In this document: positions 42,197-51,836 of the stretch, piece by piece
How the letters are laid out: every line of letters begins with the position of its first letter
Numbering within the stretch: position 1 is the first letter of the stretch
IMG/VR virus record: IMGVR_UViG_3300032665_000019
From: an uncultured virus (IMG/VR IMGVR_UViG_3300032665_000019)
Taxonomy: Duplodnaviria > Heunggongvirae > Uroviricota > Caudoviricetes
Direction: 5' to 3' (one strand)
DNA length: 64,000 nucleotides
The notes under the pieces: model-generated
Seen by the model: the letters and a program-made list of their open reading frames with translations, nothing else
What the model was told of the DNA's origin: nothing
Database searches by the model: none
Position numbers and translations under genes: made by a program

Positions 42197-42892
42197 ATGC
42201 CGGAAGAAGTAGAAAATTTAATCTCTTTAGATGCACCTCCGGGCCAGATAATGCCCAGGCAAATATCTGAGGAAGAAGCTATCAAACTTACTTTGGAATC
42301 TACCGACATAGATATAGAGGAAGGAATGGAACTTGGTCAGTTACTCGTCGCTCAGGTAGGCAAAACTAATGAAGTCAGGAGACTGGCATCTGCATATGTA
42401 GACCGGTTAAATGAAATGGAAAAGAAATTGCAAGAGCTTCGTGATACCAATTCCAGGTTATTGCAGGAAAATTTAGGATTCAAATCTGATTCGTTATTCG
42501 CAAGTTATTTTGCATTGAACAGGAAGAATAATGAGATGGCAGATAGCCTTAATTCATTTACACTTGAATTGACCAAGGATAAAGATGATAAGACTTTTGA
42601 GAGATTTAAGGTACTAATCTCAATGCTTCCTGATATGACCAAAACCATATCGTCACTTCGGAATGATTACTTGCGGATAGGAGATGAAGAAGCAAAAGAG
42701 ATTGAGAAAAAAGGCATCCCGTTGATTGAACAGAAAAGAATTACCGGCAGCGGAAAGGGTAAGTCGGAAATGATGAAAGCTAAGCCAGAAATGGTGAAAA
42801 TTAAGCCAAGTGCATCAAAGACTAATCAATCAGTAGGCAATGCAATTGAACAAGTAAAGCCCCGACCAGCGAGGCAAAACTATGAATTGTAA
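42197..42892 (+). CDS. Coiled-coil hypothetical protein
   Basis: 231 aa with long heptad-like stretches. Confidence 0.6.
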   Translation: MPEEVENLISLDAPPGQIMPRQISEEEAIKLTLESTDIDIEEGMELGQLLVAQVGKTNEVRRLASAYVDRLNEMEKKLQELRDTNSRLLQENLGFKSDSLFASYFALNRKNNEMADSLNSFTLELTKDKDDKTFERFKVLISMLPDMTKTISSLRNDYLRIGDEEAKEIEKKGIPLIEQKRITGSGKGKSEMMKAKPEMVKIKPSASKTNQSVGNAIEQVKPRPARQNYEL

Positions 42893-42903
42893 CAGATTAG
42901 CTA

Positions 42904-43119
42904 TTAAGCGTTTGCTTTAGTAGCTAACTGAGTTGGATTTTCTACGGTAGCGTAGTTAAAACCAGTTGGTAAAGTGGTAATGATACCATATAACACTTTG
43001 TAGTTATTCCCGTTATACGGAGAGAACATACACTGGGCAGAAGGAAATCCGATAAGATTAGGAGATTGGTCAGGTATGCTATTTATCTCGTACACGTTCA
43101 CTGTGAAATTCTGTGCCAT
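42904..43119 (-). CDS. Small hypothetical protein (possible structural/decoration protein)
   Basis: MAQNFTVNVYEIN...LATKANA, 71 aa from the ATG at 43119; isolated (-) gene within a (+) block. Confidence 0.5.
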   Translation of the reverse strand: MAQNFTVNVYEINSIPDQSPNLIGFPSAQCMFSPYNGNNYKVLYGIITTLPTGFNYATVENPTQLATKANA

Positions 43120-43158
43120 AGTAATTTGATTTATTGATAACCAAAAATAACCAAAATA

Positions 43159-44214
43159 ATGATACACAAACGTTTCTTTTCAGCAGACTCAGGATTGAGT
43201 ACGGGTAATGGCGAAGGATTGAGTGCAGGAAGCAGAGCAGACTCAGGATTGAGTGCAGGAAGTGGAGTCGACTCAGTGGAAGGCGAAGTGATTAGCAGTA
43301 CCCCAGCTAATCTTGACTCTGGATTTACAACTTATTTTCACGCTGTAAATAGCGGAGATTTAGTGGCGGCTATGGCTGCATTTAAAGAAGTATGGAGAAA
43401 GACAGGAAGGAAGGCTGTCATATATCAGCAATTAAACAGAGCTGGTAATTACTATCCGGGTGCCGTTCATCCTGTAAGAAGCGAAGCAGGCGAAATGGTA
43501 ACAATGAACAAGGCTATGTTTGATTTAATCCGGCCATTACTTTTATCCCAACCATACATTGAAGACTTCAGAGTTTGGTCAGGAGAAAAGTACAGCGTAA
43601 ATCTGGATAGGATTCACGGAGAGGTGTTTGTGAACATGCCACATGGTAGTATTAACCGCTGGTTGTTTTATGCATTCCCTGACATGGCGTGTGATTTAAG
43701 TAAGCCATGGGTAGAGTTGAGGCAGCCTTTAGGTATCGCAAAACTAATTGAGGACCACTCTACCGAATTTTCTGTGGTAAATGAAACAGGCATTAAACTC
43801 GGCAGACTCGATGAAATACAAAAAGAAGTATCTGGTAAGATTATAGTCAACCGGACTCAGCGTTATCATAATGATAAAATAACTTATCACTTCCTCCGGC
43901 CCATGGAAGATCGCTGCATTTTTGCCGGGACAAATACCGAGCATAATGAGTTTTGCAAAGAATGGAAACTGCAAATACCAAGGTTAGAAATAACAAACTT
44001 CCTGGAATTAGCTTACGCTTTAAAGTTTGCTAAAATGTTTCTCGGTAATCAGTCTATGTGCTGGAACATTGCAGAGGCTATGAAGATACCTCGTGTACTG
44101 GAAATATGCCCATTTGCCGAGAACTGTATCCCATGCGGCACAGATGGTTATGACTTTTATTATACCGGAGCGATGGAGTATTATGTAGAGCAAATCATGT
44201 CCGGTAATGGCTAG
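43159..44214 (+). CDS. GT-B glycosyltransferase, GT9 (heptosyltransferase)-like
   Basis: 'HAVNSGDLV', 'LLLSQPYI', 'FLELAYALK.A.MFLGNQS...IAEAM..PR.LE'. Confidence 0.7.
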   Translation: MIHKRFFSADSGLSTGNGEGLSAGSRADSGLSAGSGVDSVEGEVISSTPANLDSGFTTYFHAVNSGDLVAAMAAFKEVWRKTGRKAVIYQQLNRAGNYYPGAVHPVRSEAGEMVTMNKAMFDLIRPLLLSQPYIEDFRVWSGEKYSVNLDRIHGEVFVNMPHGSINRWLFYAFPDMACDLSKPWVELRQPLGIAKLIEDHSTEFSVVNETGIKLGRLDEIQKEVSGKIIVNRTQRYHNDKITYHFLRPMEDRCIFAGTNTEHNEFCKEWKLQIPRLEITNFLELAYALKFAKMFLGNQSMCWNIAEAMKIPRVLEICPFAENCIPCGTDGYDFYYTGAMEYYVEQIMSGNG

Positions 44215-44797
44215 TGTTAGATCATATCAGAAAATGGCTAGTGTCAAAGCTCAGGTGAAAAGGAAACCTGCAGTCGTGCCTGCCGCTACTAAAAAAAAGA
44301 TAGCAGAACTGAAAGAGCAGGTTAAAAATCTAAAGGAGGTTGTTGCTAAAAGGAACGAGCTGGTGCATATGCTGCATTCGCAAATGTACGATGTAGCTTT
44401 AATGGTTTTTCTGTACGGTAACTTACAGGAAGTGCATAGTGAAATGACGAATGAATTACATGTAGCTGACTACTATCTTTTAGCTTACGCAAGCATGGTT
44501 ACTTCTTTTGATTTATATGCAGCAAACGAAGTGTTTAAATCGGTACCTGAATCGCAAAAAGATTTTTTTTCATCCATGGCTTCCAGTTGTTTAAACAGAA
44601 TGTGTAAGTTAGGGTATATGGACAGAGGTAAAATAAGGAAGGTGCAGGTATATTTTATAACTACCAATGGGAAATATCATCTGCTTAATATAATAAGAAA
44701 AATTAGAAACACTATTGTAGCTGCCGTATTATCACATGGAAAACAGGAACGAAACATATTTACTAATAAAAAATTAAAAAAGATATATGGATATTAA
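44207..44797 (+). CDS. Winged-helix DNA-binding protein
   Basis: C-terminal 'LNRMCKLGYM......VYFITTNGK' MarR-like wing; N-terminal coiled coil. Confidence 0.6.
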   Translation: MASVRSYQKMASVKAQVKRKPAVVPAATKKKIAELKEQVKNLKEVVAKRNELVHMLHSQMYDVALMVFLYGNLQEVHSEMTNELHVADYYLLAYASMVTSFDLYAANEVFKSVPESQKDFFSSMASSCLNRMCKLGYMDRGKIRKVQVYFITTNGKYHLLNIIRKIRNTIVAAVLSHGKQERNIFTNKKLKKIYGY

Positions 44798-45830
44798 AAT
44801 GTACTTCACCTCGCTATCTACTACCGGAGAAATAGACGGGTGCCTGCGCGACCAGATATTTTCGCAGTTCCAGCATTCCAGCGCAGAAGATTGCGACTTT
44901 GTTGGACTTGGGATTACTCATATGAACGGATGGGATTTTAATGAAGAAGAATTTAATCGAATAAAATCTAAGCGTTTTATCATCTTTGACTTCACTGAAT
45001 ACGGATGGAGCAATGTAAATGTCCAGCATATATACGGCAGATCGGACGGAAAGTATGACCACTTATTTTCCAATAAAAACTACTTGAAGCTAAATAAGGC
45101 GTTGAAAGATGTAGATATACGGGTATACTTTAAAAGAGAATTGCCGAAGGCTCTCTGGACTCCGCTTATTCAGCCCATTGAATACCCTTGCTTATTTGAA
45201 AATACCTACATCGAACCGGTAGAGAATTATATTAATAGGCCAATAGATATATTTTTTAACTGGGGATGGAGTAACCCTAGTCGCCCATCTTTGCACGCAG
45301 CATTTTACCGGATGGCAGAAGAACTGAATTTTTCTGTAGTTTCTGACATAAGGCATGTGCAAGGAGAGAAACGCGATCACCCAAACAGGCCATTGGTCCT
45401 TACTCAGTTTACTCCGCATCATTCCAGGTTTTCAATGAATGACATACTGCGAGCGCAATCCATGTCTAAAATATCCGTATCGTTAAATGGCTGCGGAGTG
45501 AAATGTTTCAGGCATGAAGAAGCGCCAGTTAACTCCCTTATGGCCCTGCAGGATAATGTACTGGAATGGACATACCCATGGAATGAAGAAAACTCAATCG
45601 TACTACCACCTAAAAGGCACAGTTCGTCTGGTATACTTCCAGGTAAACTATCCGAAGACCTGACAGAATGGGAGAACTTAGATGCAGATTTAAGTGTCAG
45701 AATGCTCATGCGACTGCTGAATAACCCAAAACACCTTCACTCAGAATATGTTATGGGTATACAGAATTGTCAGAAGTACCTGCTGAAAAACTACATACCA
45801 CATTTAAAAAGTATAATTCAGAATTCGTAA
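44787..45830 (+). CDS. Putative glycosyltransferase (GT47/exostosin-like or GT1-like)
   Basis: 'YFKREL', 'RPIDIFFNWG.S.PSR', 'SKISVSLNGCG.KCFRH.E'. Confidence 0.6.
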   Translation: MDIKMYFTSLSTTGEIDGCLRDQIFSQFQHSSAEDCDFVGLGITHMNGWDFNEEEFNRIKSKRFIIFDFTEYGWSNVNVQHIYGRSDGKYDHLFSNKNYLKLNKALKDVDIRVYFKRELPKALWTPLIQPIEYPCLFENTYIEPVENYINRPIDIFFNWGWSNPSRPSLHAAFYRMAEELNFSVVSDIRHVQGEKRDHPNRPLVLTQFTPHHSRFSMNDILRAQSMSKISVSLNGCGVKCFRHEEAPVNSLMALQDNVLEWTYPWNEENSIVLPPKRHSSSGILPGKLSEDLTEWENLDADLSVRMLMRLLNNPKHLHSEYVMGIQNCQKYLLKNYIPHLKSIIQNS

Positions 45831-45858
45831 ACACTCAATACGCTAACATAACACACAC

Positions 45859-46431
45859 ATGACCTACCAAAAAATAAAACCAGTCATCGATCAGGTAAAC
45901 GGATTTATGGGCAGCGAGGCTCAGAGGGAATTTATGTTTAACCTGGGAAAGGTGACCACCTGCGCTGCAGAGATAGGCTCCTATAAAGGACTATCGGCCT
46001 GCATCGTTGCTGCAGGAATTAATTCTGTTCATCACCTGACTGCCAATAAGCCACGATACTTTTGTATTGACACATTCGCCTGTAGCAATGCCGAATTGGA
46101 TAAAGAATCCACCCTGGAAGAATTTACGCATGTGACCAGTCAGATAGATACTATAAAATGTATTCAAGTATTAAAAGGTTGGAGTACAGACTGGCAGGTG
46201 TTAGGTAAAGTGCCGTCACTCGAATGGGTGTATGTAGATGGGTCCCATGAAACGCAAGATGTGATAGCAGATATTAAATCCTATCACCCTAAAGTACAGG
46301 ATAACGGAATGTTATTGTTTCATGATCATACATGGGACAGCGTACGTGCAGCGATTGACTGGGCAGAGAAAGTTGGTATGATAAAACAGATATGTCACTT
46401 TGATGACTTTGGAGTTTATAAAAAGATTTAA
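45859..46431 (+). CDS. Class I SAM-dependent methyltransferase (Methyltransf_24-like)
   Basis: 'EIGSYKGLS', 'CIDTF', 'VYVDGSH', 'GMLLFHD'. Confidence 0.85.
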   Translation: MTYQKIKPVIDQVNGFMGSEAQREFMFNLGKVTTCAAEIGSYKGLSACIVAAGINSVHHLTANKPRYFCIDTFACSNAELDKESTLEEFTHVTSQIDTIKCIQVLKGWSTDWQVLGKVPSLEWVYVDGSHETQDVIADIKSYHPKVQDNGMLLFHDHTWDSVRAAIDWAEKVGMIKQICHFDDFGVYKKI

Positions 46432-48542
46432 AACCCCCTTATCCCTCCCCCAATAGTATACATCTCAGCTACCGGGTACTTTCGCTTTTCAACTTCGCGT
46501 TGCTTAAAGTCCCCGGTAATGTTGAGTAGCATCATAAGGAAACCTATCACTTCATCAAACTTAGTACGGTCGCTTACATCGAATGCCAGGAATCCTTCAA
46601 TGAATGTAATGTGCCCGATAAGATGTGAATACTTTTCTATATACACCTGACCTACTTCGATTTGCTTTGCAAATACAAATGGGTCTGCAGACGATGCACC
46701 ATAATCCAGTCCGTCTTTTTTCTTCCTGTTAGGATCAATAGCTATATCCGGTTTTTTACCAAGCATAGGTAAGCAGTTTGCTTCCATAATATTTGGCATT
46801 GCATTCTTAAAATATTTTTGATATTCCTGCGTGGCATCCTTTTCCACCGTACAGGTACACCCGTAAAACAAACAACCCATTAATATCTCTTTCCAAAACA
46901 GCTCAGTCAGCTTTGGCCTGCCGATATAAAAAGCCACAAGCATACCTGTGCCTTCTATAGCCGGGTTCATCTTTGAGCCTATACATATACAACCCTTGGA
47001 GCCTAAGTCTTTTGTTTTATCAAACCGGAATGTATCCACACCCCCTCCGTATAGATGAGTGGCTAATGGCCTTACTATATTATACTCGCTTTTCTCAAAA
47101 GCATTAGGAACTTTAGGTAACTCCCGTATCATCCACTGGCCATTAGGGTCATCGTGAAACTGAATATTCAACCGATTATTACCTGTTTCGTCAAACATAT
47201 GAGGTATCAGTCTGCCTCGTCTCCAATACACAGGCCTCTCTTTTAATTCCTGCCTCTGAGTTAATAGCTTCTGAGTATTGAACGGAGAATAGCTATCTCC
47301 GAAATCAAACATGTCAGACTCCCTTATAGGATACTTTCTTTTTTCTTCACTTATATCTTCCTGGTCAGTAAGTAAGGCCAGCCTTAATTCAAGATATTTC
47401 CTTGCCCCTAATTTTAAATATTCATCCGGTACCCTTTCTTCTACGGCCTGAATGTTTGCATTTTTCTCGATCAGGAAAGCAAGCGTTTCCTCGTCAGGTG
47501 GCTCAATAACACTGTCTCCATATTTATCTATAAAACCAGATAACCCATCATAAGCTGGTTTAAAAAATTTAACCATCTGCTGAGGTAGCCTGTTGATCGG
47601 GTATTCATACTGATTAGCTTGGTCCCATAATCTTTGAAAATTATTACCACCCTGATTGGGCGGGTTAACAGTAGATGGAAGATAAGCAAACCCTACCCGG
47701 CTGGCACCTTTAACGAGTACGTCCTTTACGATACGCCAATACTTACCAATGTTAATTCTATTCCATTTTCCGCCTTCATCAATTAATATAAAACTCCATC
47801 TACCGGAATCATATGCATTCAAAGTAGTGTCACGCTTTGTTATTACACTATTCAAACCTTGCCTGCTGGTGTCAGCTACTGCTACCTGCTGCTTTTTGCC
47901 ACCCCCCTTCCTAAAGCTCATTTCTGTCTTAGGATCACTGCCACCTTCCATCCTGGGCCTGAGAAATATAGGCAATGCTTTAAATGGCAACAGTAACATG
48001 TCATCATACATATCATCAACGTCAGCCCCGGTCTTAGATATATTACCGCATCTTTTATTACCACCCCACCCTGCAGCATTGGTCGCTATCCACATCTCAA
48101 TACATGTGCCATGTGATGTAGCCCCTTCACGACGGGCTTTACCACGAATGATAGCCGCGATAAAAGGATTCTGGTAACAGGAAATGAAAAAGATAAAAAA
48201 TAAACGGTCGCACTCTCTATACTCTGGCCGCTCTCCATTTTCCAACGTCCAATAGTTTAGCCAGTAGTAATAAACGCCGGGTATCCATGTAGGTTGACCC
48301 CTGCGCATAATCCAATAACCATTGGCGCACCGGTCCAACTCCTGAAATACAAAGTCTCTTTGCTTTGCTGTGTACACAGGGTCACCGTCCGTATCAAATT
48401 CTATATTCTCCGGTTGCATGTAATCAGGAAGTTCCTGCCTGCGAAAATACTGATCATGCTCTTTACGCTTAGAACCAAATATAGTTTTAGGTTGATCCGG
48501 TATGGCACATTCTATCCCCTGTATGACTGTGGTAGTAGGCAT
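46428..48542 (-). CDS. terL: Terminase large subunit
   Basis: Walker A 'KARREGAT', Walker B 'ILIDEGGKW', 'STVN', nuclease 'GGVDT...EK...KFDEVI'. Confidence 0.9.
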   Translation of the reverse strand: MPTTTVIQGIECAIPDQPKTIFGSKRKEHDQYFRRQELPDYMQPENIEFDTDGDPVYTAKQRDFVFQELDRCANGYWIMRRGQPTWIPGVYYYWLNYWTLENGERPEYRECDRLFFIFFISCYQNPFIAAIIRGKARREGATSHGTCIEMWIATNAAGWGGNKRCGNISKTGADVDDMYDDMLLLPFKALPIFLRPRMEGGSDPKTEMSFRKGGGKKQQVAVADTSRQGLNSVITKRDTTLNAYDSGRWSFILIDEGGKWNRINIGKYWRIVKDVLVKGASRVGFAYLPSTVNPPNQGGNNFQRLWDQANQYEYPINRLPQQMVKFFKPAYDGLSGFIDKYGDSVIEPPDEETLAFLIEKNANIQAVEERVPDEYLKLGARKYLELRLALLTDQEDISEEKRKYPIRESDMFDFGDSYSPFNTQKLLTQRQELKERPVYWRRGRLIPHMFDETGNNRLNIQFHDDPNGQWMIRELPKVPNAFEKSEYNIVRPLATHLYGGGVDTFRFDKTKDLGSKGCICIGSKMNPAIEGTGMLVAFYIGRPKLTELFWKEILMGCLFYGCTCTVEKDATQEYQKYFKNAMPNIMEANCLPMLGKKPDIAIDPNRKKKDGLDYGASSADPFVFAKQIEVGQVYIEKYSHLIGHITFIEGFLAFDVSDRTKFDEVIGFLMMLLNITGDFKQREVEKRKYPVAEMYTIGGGIRGF

Positions 48543-48586
48543 ATATAATTACCTGCTATACGCAATTGGTATAGCAGGTATACTTA

Positions 48587-49972
48587 TTATCTGGTTAATC
48601 TTACCGCTCTTATCTGCTGCGCAAATTCCTCCCCCTCGCGAAGTAAAGCGAATTCAGAAAGAAATTCTATCGGATTTTTTTCCGGCGGAAGCATGGCAAT
48701 AAATTTACCGGTACGTGCCCAGTGTGCCTGACCGGCTATCAAATTGTTTATAGATATATCTCCTGACGCTACCAATTCCTGTATCCAGTAAGTAACTTTT
48801 ACTTTAGGGTCAGAGAATGTTTTTTCAAATAATTCAGGATCAGCCAACGCCTTGTCGCGATAATCTTCACGGATAGCATCTGAATCTCGGTCCTGACCGG
48901 TTAAAGGAATAACCATAGATATGCCAAGAAACTTAGCGTGCGGCATCATCTCGTCTTCCCTGGCAGTAGATGCCAGTTCGTACATTCTCGCCCGCAGCAT
49001 CCCTCTTTTAACCTTAACCCCATCTTCACCAGCAAAATCAATGAGCTCAAATTCAGGTGAAACGCTCCCGTATCTCCTTGCTTTCGGGTGCTGGTTTTTA
49101 CACTGATTAGTTAGTGTCAGGTAAGAATATCTTACAAAATCAGTTCCAGGTACACGCATTTCCGCACCAACAAATTGCATAGCGTCCCTGTTGGCGGGGT
49201 TATCCAGTATGGAGTTCCTCCCGTTTTCACGTTTTAACGCTTCGCCTCCATCTGATATTTGCTCGTCAAGAAAAGGCGTATTTAACCCATAGGCGTACCG
49301 GATTGTTCTCGGTAACCACCTGACACCATCCTGTTTCAAGTCTTCCAGGTTGTCATCAAACGGCAACGGAACGTTTTTTCCATTCACAACCACATATGGC
49401 CATTCAATCACATCTTCTGTTTTCAAAAACAACCTTGGCTGTCTGCCGGTTCTTTTGCTGTCTTCAATATACCCCTGTCCTTCCACATACACTGGTGCAT
49501 TTACTTTTCTGAGCAGCCTGAATATAAACTGACTTGGCGGTTGTTTGAATGCATTTGGCTTTCTGCCTGGCTTAGCACCGGTTCTTTCAGGTTGCTTAGT
49601 GGCAGGTGCGAAATTAGGTTGAGTAGGGGCCGGTGCGGAACCAAGTTGCTTAGGCCGGATAGTAGCCGGATCAGGCTTAGGCTGCACAGGTGATGTAGCA
49701 GGTGGAGCCCATTCATTAGGATCATTCTCATCATCCAGCGGAATAGATGCAATGTCCTGGTGAGGAAGTTCCTGACCTGCTGGCGATATGCGAGTGGGTT
49801 GAGTAGGGAATTTACCTTGTCCGGGGAAAGCGTTCTGACCGGCAGCGTCGCCCTGACTAGGAAATTTTCCTTGTCCGGGGAATCCGCTTTGCCCTGCAAA
49901 ACTTGGGTGTACTTTAGGGAATACTGTTTCCGGGTTGACCGGAGTCTGAGGCTTTGAAGTTTCCTTTGCCAT
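48587..49972 (-). CDS. Head-region protein downstream of the major capsid gene, P/Q-rich N-terminus
   Basis: 'RTIRYA.G..TPF.DEQ...F.G..MRVP' core; lies between MCP and terminase. Confidence 0.6.
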   Translation of the reverse strand: MAKETSKPQTPVNPETVFPKVHPSFAGQSGFPGQGKFPSQGDAAGQNAFPGQGKFPTQPTRISPAGQELPHQDIASIPLDDENDPNEWAPPATSPVQPKPDPATIRPKQLGSAPAPTQPNFAPATKQPERTGAKPGRKPNAFKQPPSQFIFRLLRKVNAPVYVEGQGYIEDSKRTGRQPRLFLKTEDVIEWPYVVVNGKNVPLPFDDNLEDLKQDGVRWLPRTIRYAYGLNTPFLDEQISDGGEALKRENGRNSILDNPANRDAMQFVGAEMRVPGTDFVRYSYLTLTNQCKNQHPKARRYGSVSPEFELIDFAGEDGVKVKRGMLRARMYELASTAREDEMMPHAKFLGISMVIPLTGQDRDSDAIREDYRDKALADPELFEKTFSDPKVKVTYWIQELVASGDISINNLIAGQAHWARTGKFIAMLPPEKNPIEFLSEFALLREGEEFAQQIRAVRLTR

Positions 49973-50056
49973 ATTATTATTTTATGAGGTGAATTGCTAT
50001 TAACAATATCAACTCGGTTAATGGGTGTGGCTGTATGCGACAACCTTATCGTAAAA

Positions 50057-50064
50057 CAAATATA
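50057..50064 (-). promoter_or_regulatory. Bacteroidota -7 promoter box (TATATTTG)
   Basis: Exact TAnnTTTG between the MCP terminator and gene 48587-49972. Confidence 0.5.
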
Positions 50065-50110
50065 AGGAAAAACTAAATGAAACGAATAACATGCAATCGG
50101 TGCGATCACA

Positions 50111-50145
50111 CAAATAAAAAACCTCGCATTTTTTTGCGAGGTTTT
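50111..50145 (-). terminator. Intrinsic terminator after the major capsid gene
   Basis: AAAACCTCGCA (50118-50128)/TGCGAGGTTTT (50135-50145) followed by a U-tract on (-). Confidence 0.8.
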
Positions 50146-50164
50146 GATATAAAATGCAATATTG

Positions 50165-51583
50165 CTATTTTCCTTGAAATATGGCAAACTGCACCGGAGC
50201 GATGACCCTAACGCCGTACCATGACTGCATCGATATAGTGCGATTCAAAGTCCCTGTTTTATTCTGAGGGGCTGCACCACCATATTCCCATGAATAAATC
50301 CTGTTACCGTCCACAGGGCTTTTCTGGAACACGATCTGGAAGGAAGGATAGCTTAAAGCATTTCCATCTCCATCACGCATTTTTGGATCCTGGTTAATCC
50401 GCTGCGGAATCGCAATGGAGTAGTTACGGTATACAGAACCGGTTGAAGCCTGGGGAACTCTTTTGTACACCATTTCGGTATTGTACATTGGGTTCACTGT
50501 CATATGATAAGTGATATTATCCGCACGGAAAGTATCAAAACCATAAGCGGCACCGGATTCTTTAGAACCACCAACTGATTCATAAGAAGCATGATTGAAA
50601 GTTCCTTTGTAGAAATTTTCCAACAGATTGCTGATAGCCTGTTTGCTGAAGAAGTCATTCAGTAAATGGTATTCACCAGGAGAACCAAAGAAGTTCAACG
50701 CACGGCCTAATGTCTGGAAATCAGAGATCAGTGGGTTACCTGCAGTATACTGAATGGTAGAACCATTAGCGGCAACACGTGGTTGAACGCCGATAGTTCC
50801 GTATGTCCCATTGCTTGCCAGGTTGCTCGCTCCGTTGGCTTCCATTACTTTCCAGAACATCTGATTCATAAATCTTTTGTTCATATCATCCATAGCCAAA
50901 GGCATGTAATACTGTTGTCCATCTACCAGCATAACTTCCTGCTTTTCCTGCAAAGCAAAATCAGACAATGTGAAGTCATCCCTGTGTTCAGTAGTGGTAT
51001 TGTAAATCTTGTCATAAACAGGAGCAATACCAGAACCAACTGTAGAAGCCTCACCAACGTCGATACGTCCACGGAACAGGATAGTATCACCCTGTAACAG
51101 GCTGGATGAGTTTGCGGAAACGATATTATCGGTAGTATTAAGCGGAATCAATGTTACCTGCCACGCATTGCTAATGGTAACCGGAATAGCTGAAATCTGT
51201 ACCGCAATACCGGATGAGTCGATGATACCTTCTTCACCGACCCTGGCAGGGCATCCACCGGTGATGTAGTAAGAATCTGACCCAACGAGAAAAGTAATTG
51301 GATTACCTGCCCCTGCGCCAGCTACAGTATTCTGAACCGACAAAGAAGAATGTAATTCTCTTTTTTCATAATGGTAATACTGTTTGTTATCAGTATTCTC
51401 ATAGGTAGCGGTCTGTCCCATCAGGAGCTGCCACATACCGTAGTTTTCTGTTCCGTACTTACGGATCAGTGTCTTTAAGAATGAACGATCATTGGAGTTT
51501 AAATCGTTCAACAAAATCCCATAACCAAACTGACTGGTTGCAAAACTGGACGCCTGGTAACCTGGTAAAGTTGAAGTTGCCAT
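50165..51583 (-). CDS. Major capsid protein (crAss-like size and context)
   Basis: 472 aa after portal and scaffold, followed by a strong terminator; HK97-like order ('YYHYE', 'GEAS', 'YNTT...RD.F', 'YGFDTF', 'YGVRV'). Confidence 0.8.
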   Translation of the reverse strand: MATSTLPGYQASSFATSQFGYGILLNDLNSNDRSFLKTLIRKYGTENYGMWQLLMGQTATYENTDNKQYYHYEKRELHSSLSVQNTVAGAGAGNPITFLVGSDSYYITGGCPARVGEEGIIDSSGIAVQISAIPVTISNAWQVTLIPLNTTDNIVSANSSSLLQGDTILFRGRIDVGEASTVGSGIAPVYDKIYNTTTEHRDDFTLSDFALQEKQEVMLVDGQQYYMPLAMDDMNKRFMNQMFWKVMEANGASNLASNGTYGTIGVQPRVAANGSTIQYTAGNPLISDFQTLGRALNFFGSPGEYHLLNDFFSKQAISNLLENFYKGTFNHASYESVGGSKESGAAYGFDTFRADNITYHMTVNPMYNTEMVYKRVPQASTGSVYRNYSIAIPQRINQDPKMRDGDGNALSYPSFQIVFQKSPVDGNRIYSWEYGGAAPQNKTGTLNRTISMQSWYGVRVIAPVQFAIFQGK

Positions 51584-51836
51584 GATTATATGATTTGAGG
51601 ATATACACTTACTAGATGCGATTAGGCTGACCCACTCATATATTCACTGGATTGCGGACTACCTAACATACAGCTATAAGTAATACACCCGATTAATAAA
51701 TAAAAGATTGATTGTGTCAGCGGCATTGCCGGTGAGGATGGATAAATGCGATCACGCGTGTGGACGCATGCCCATATATGTATAGGGTATTATCCTGAAA
51801 CGGTAGATGAGTGTAATTCAAATCATCTAACGCAAA
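51584..51836 (-). ncRNA. Candidate structured RNA leader of the capsid gene
   Basis: ORF-free 253 nt whose ends pair (51818-51826 with 51590-51598; 51810-51815 with 51604-51609), with several internal hairpins. Confidence 0.5.

Noticed and set aside
42197..42892. Assigning this gene as the terminase small subunit
   Set aside because: Coiled-coil character is compatible, but there is no recognisable motif and it is not adjacent or co-oriented with terL.
49501..50187. 228-aa ORF overlapping the MCP end as a frameshift extension
   Set aside because: It is in the +1 frame, crosses a strong terminator, overlaps the next gene and has no protein-like features or clear slippery site.
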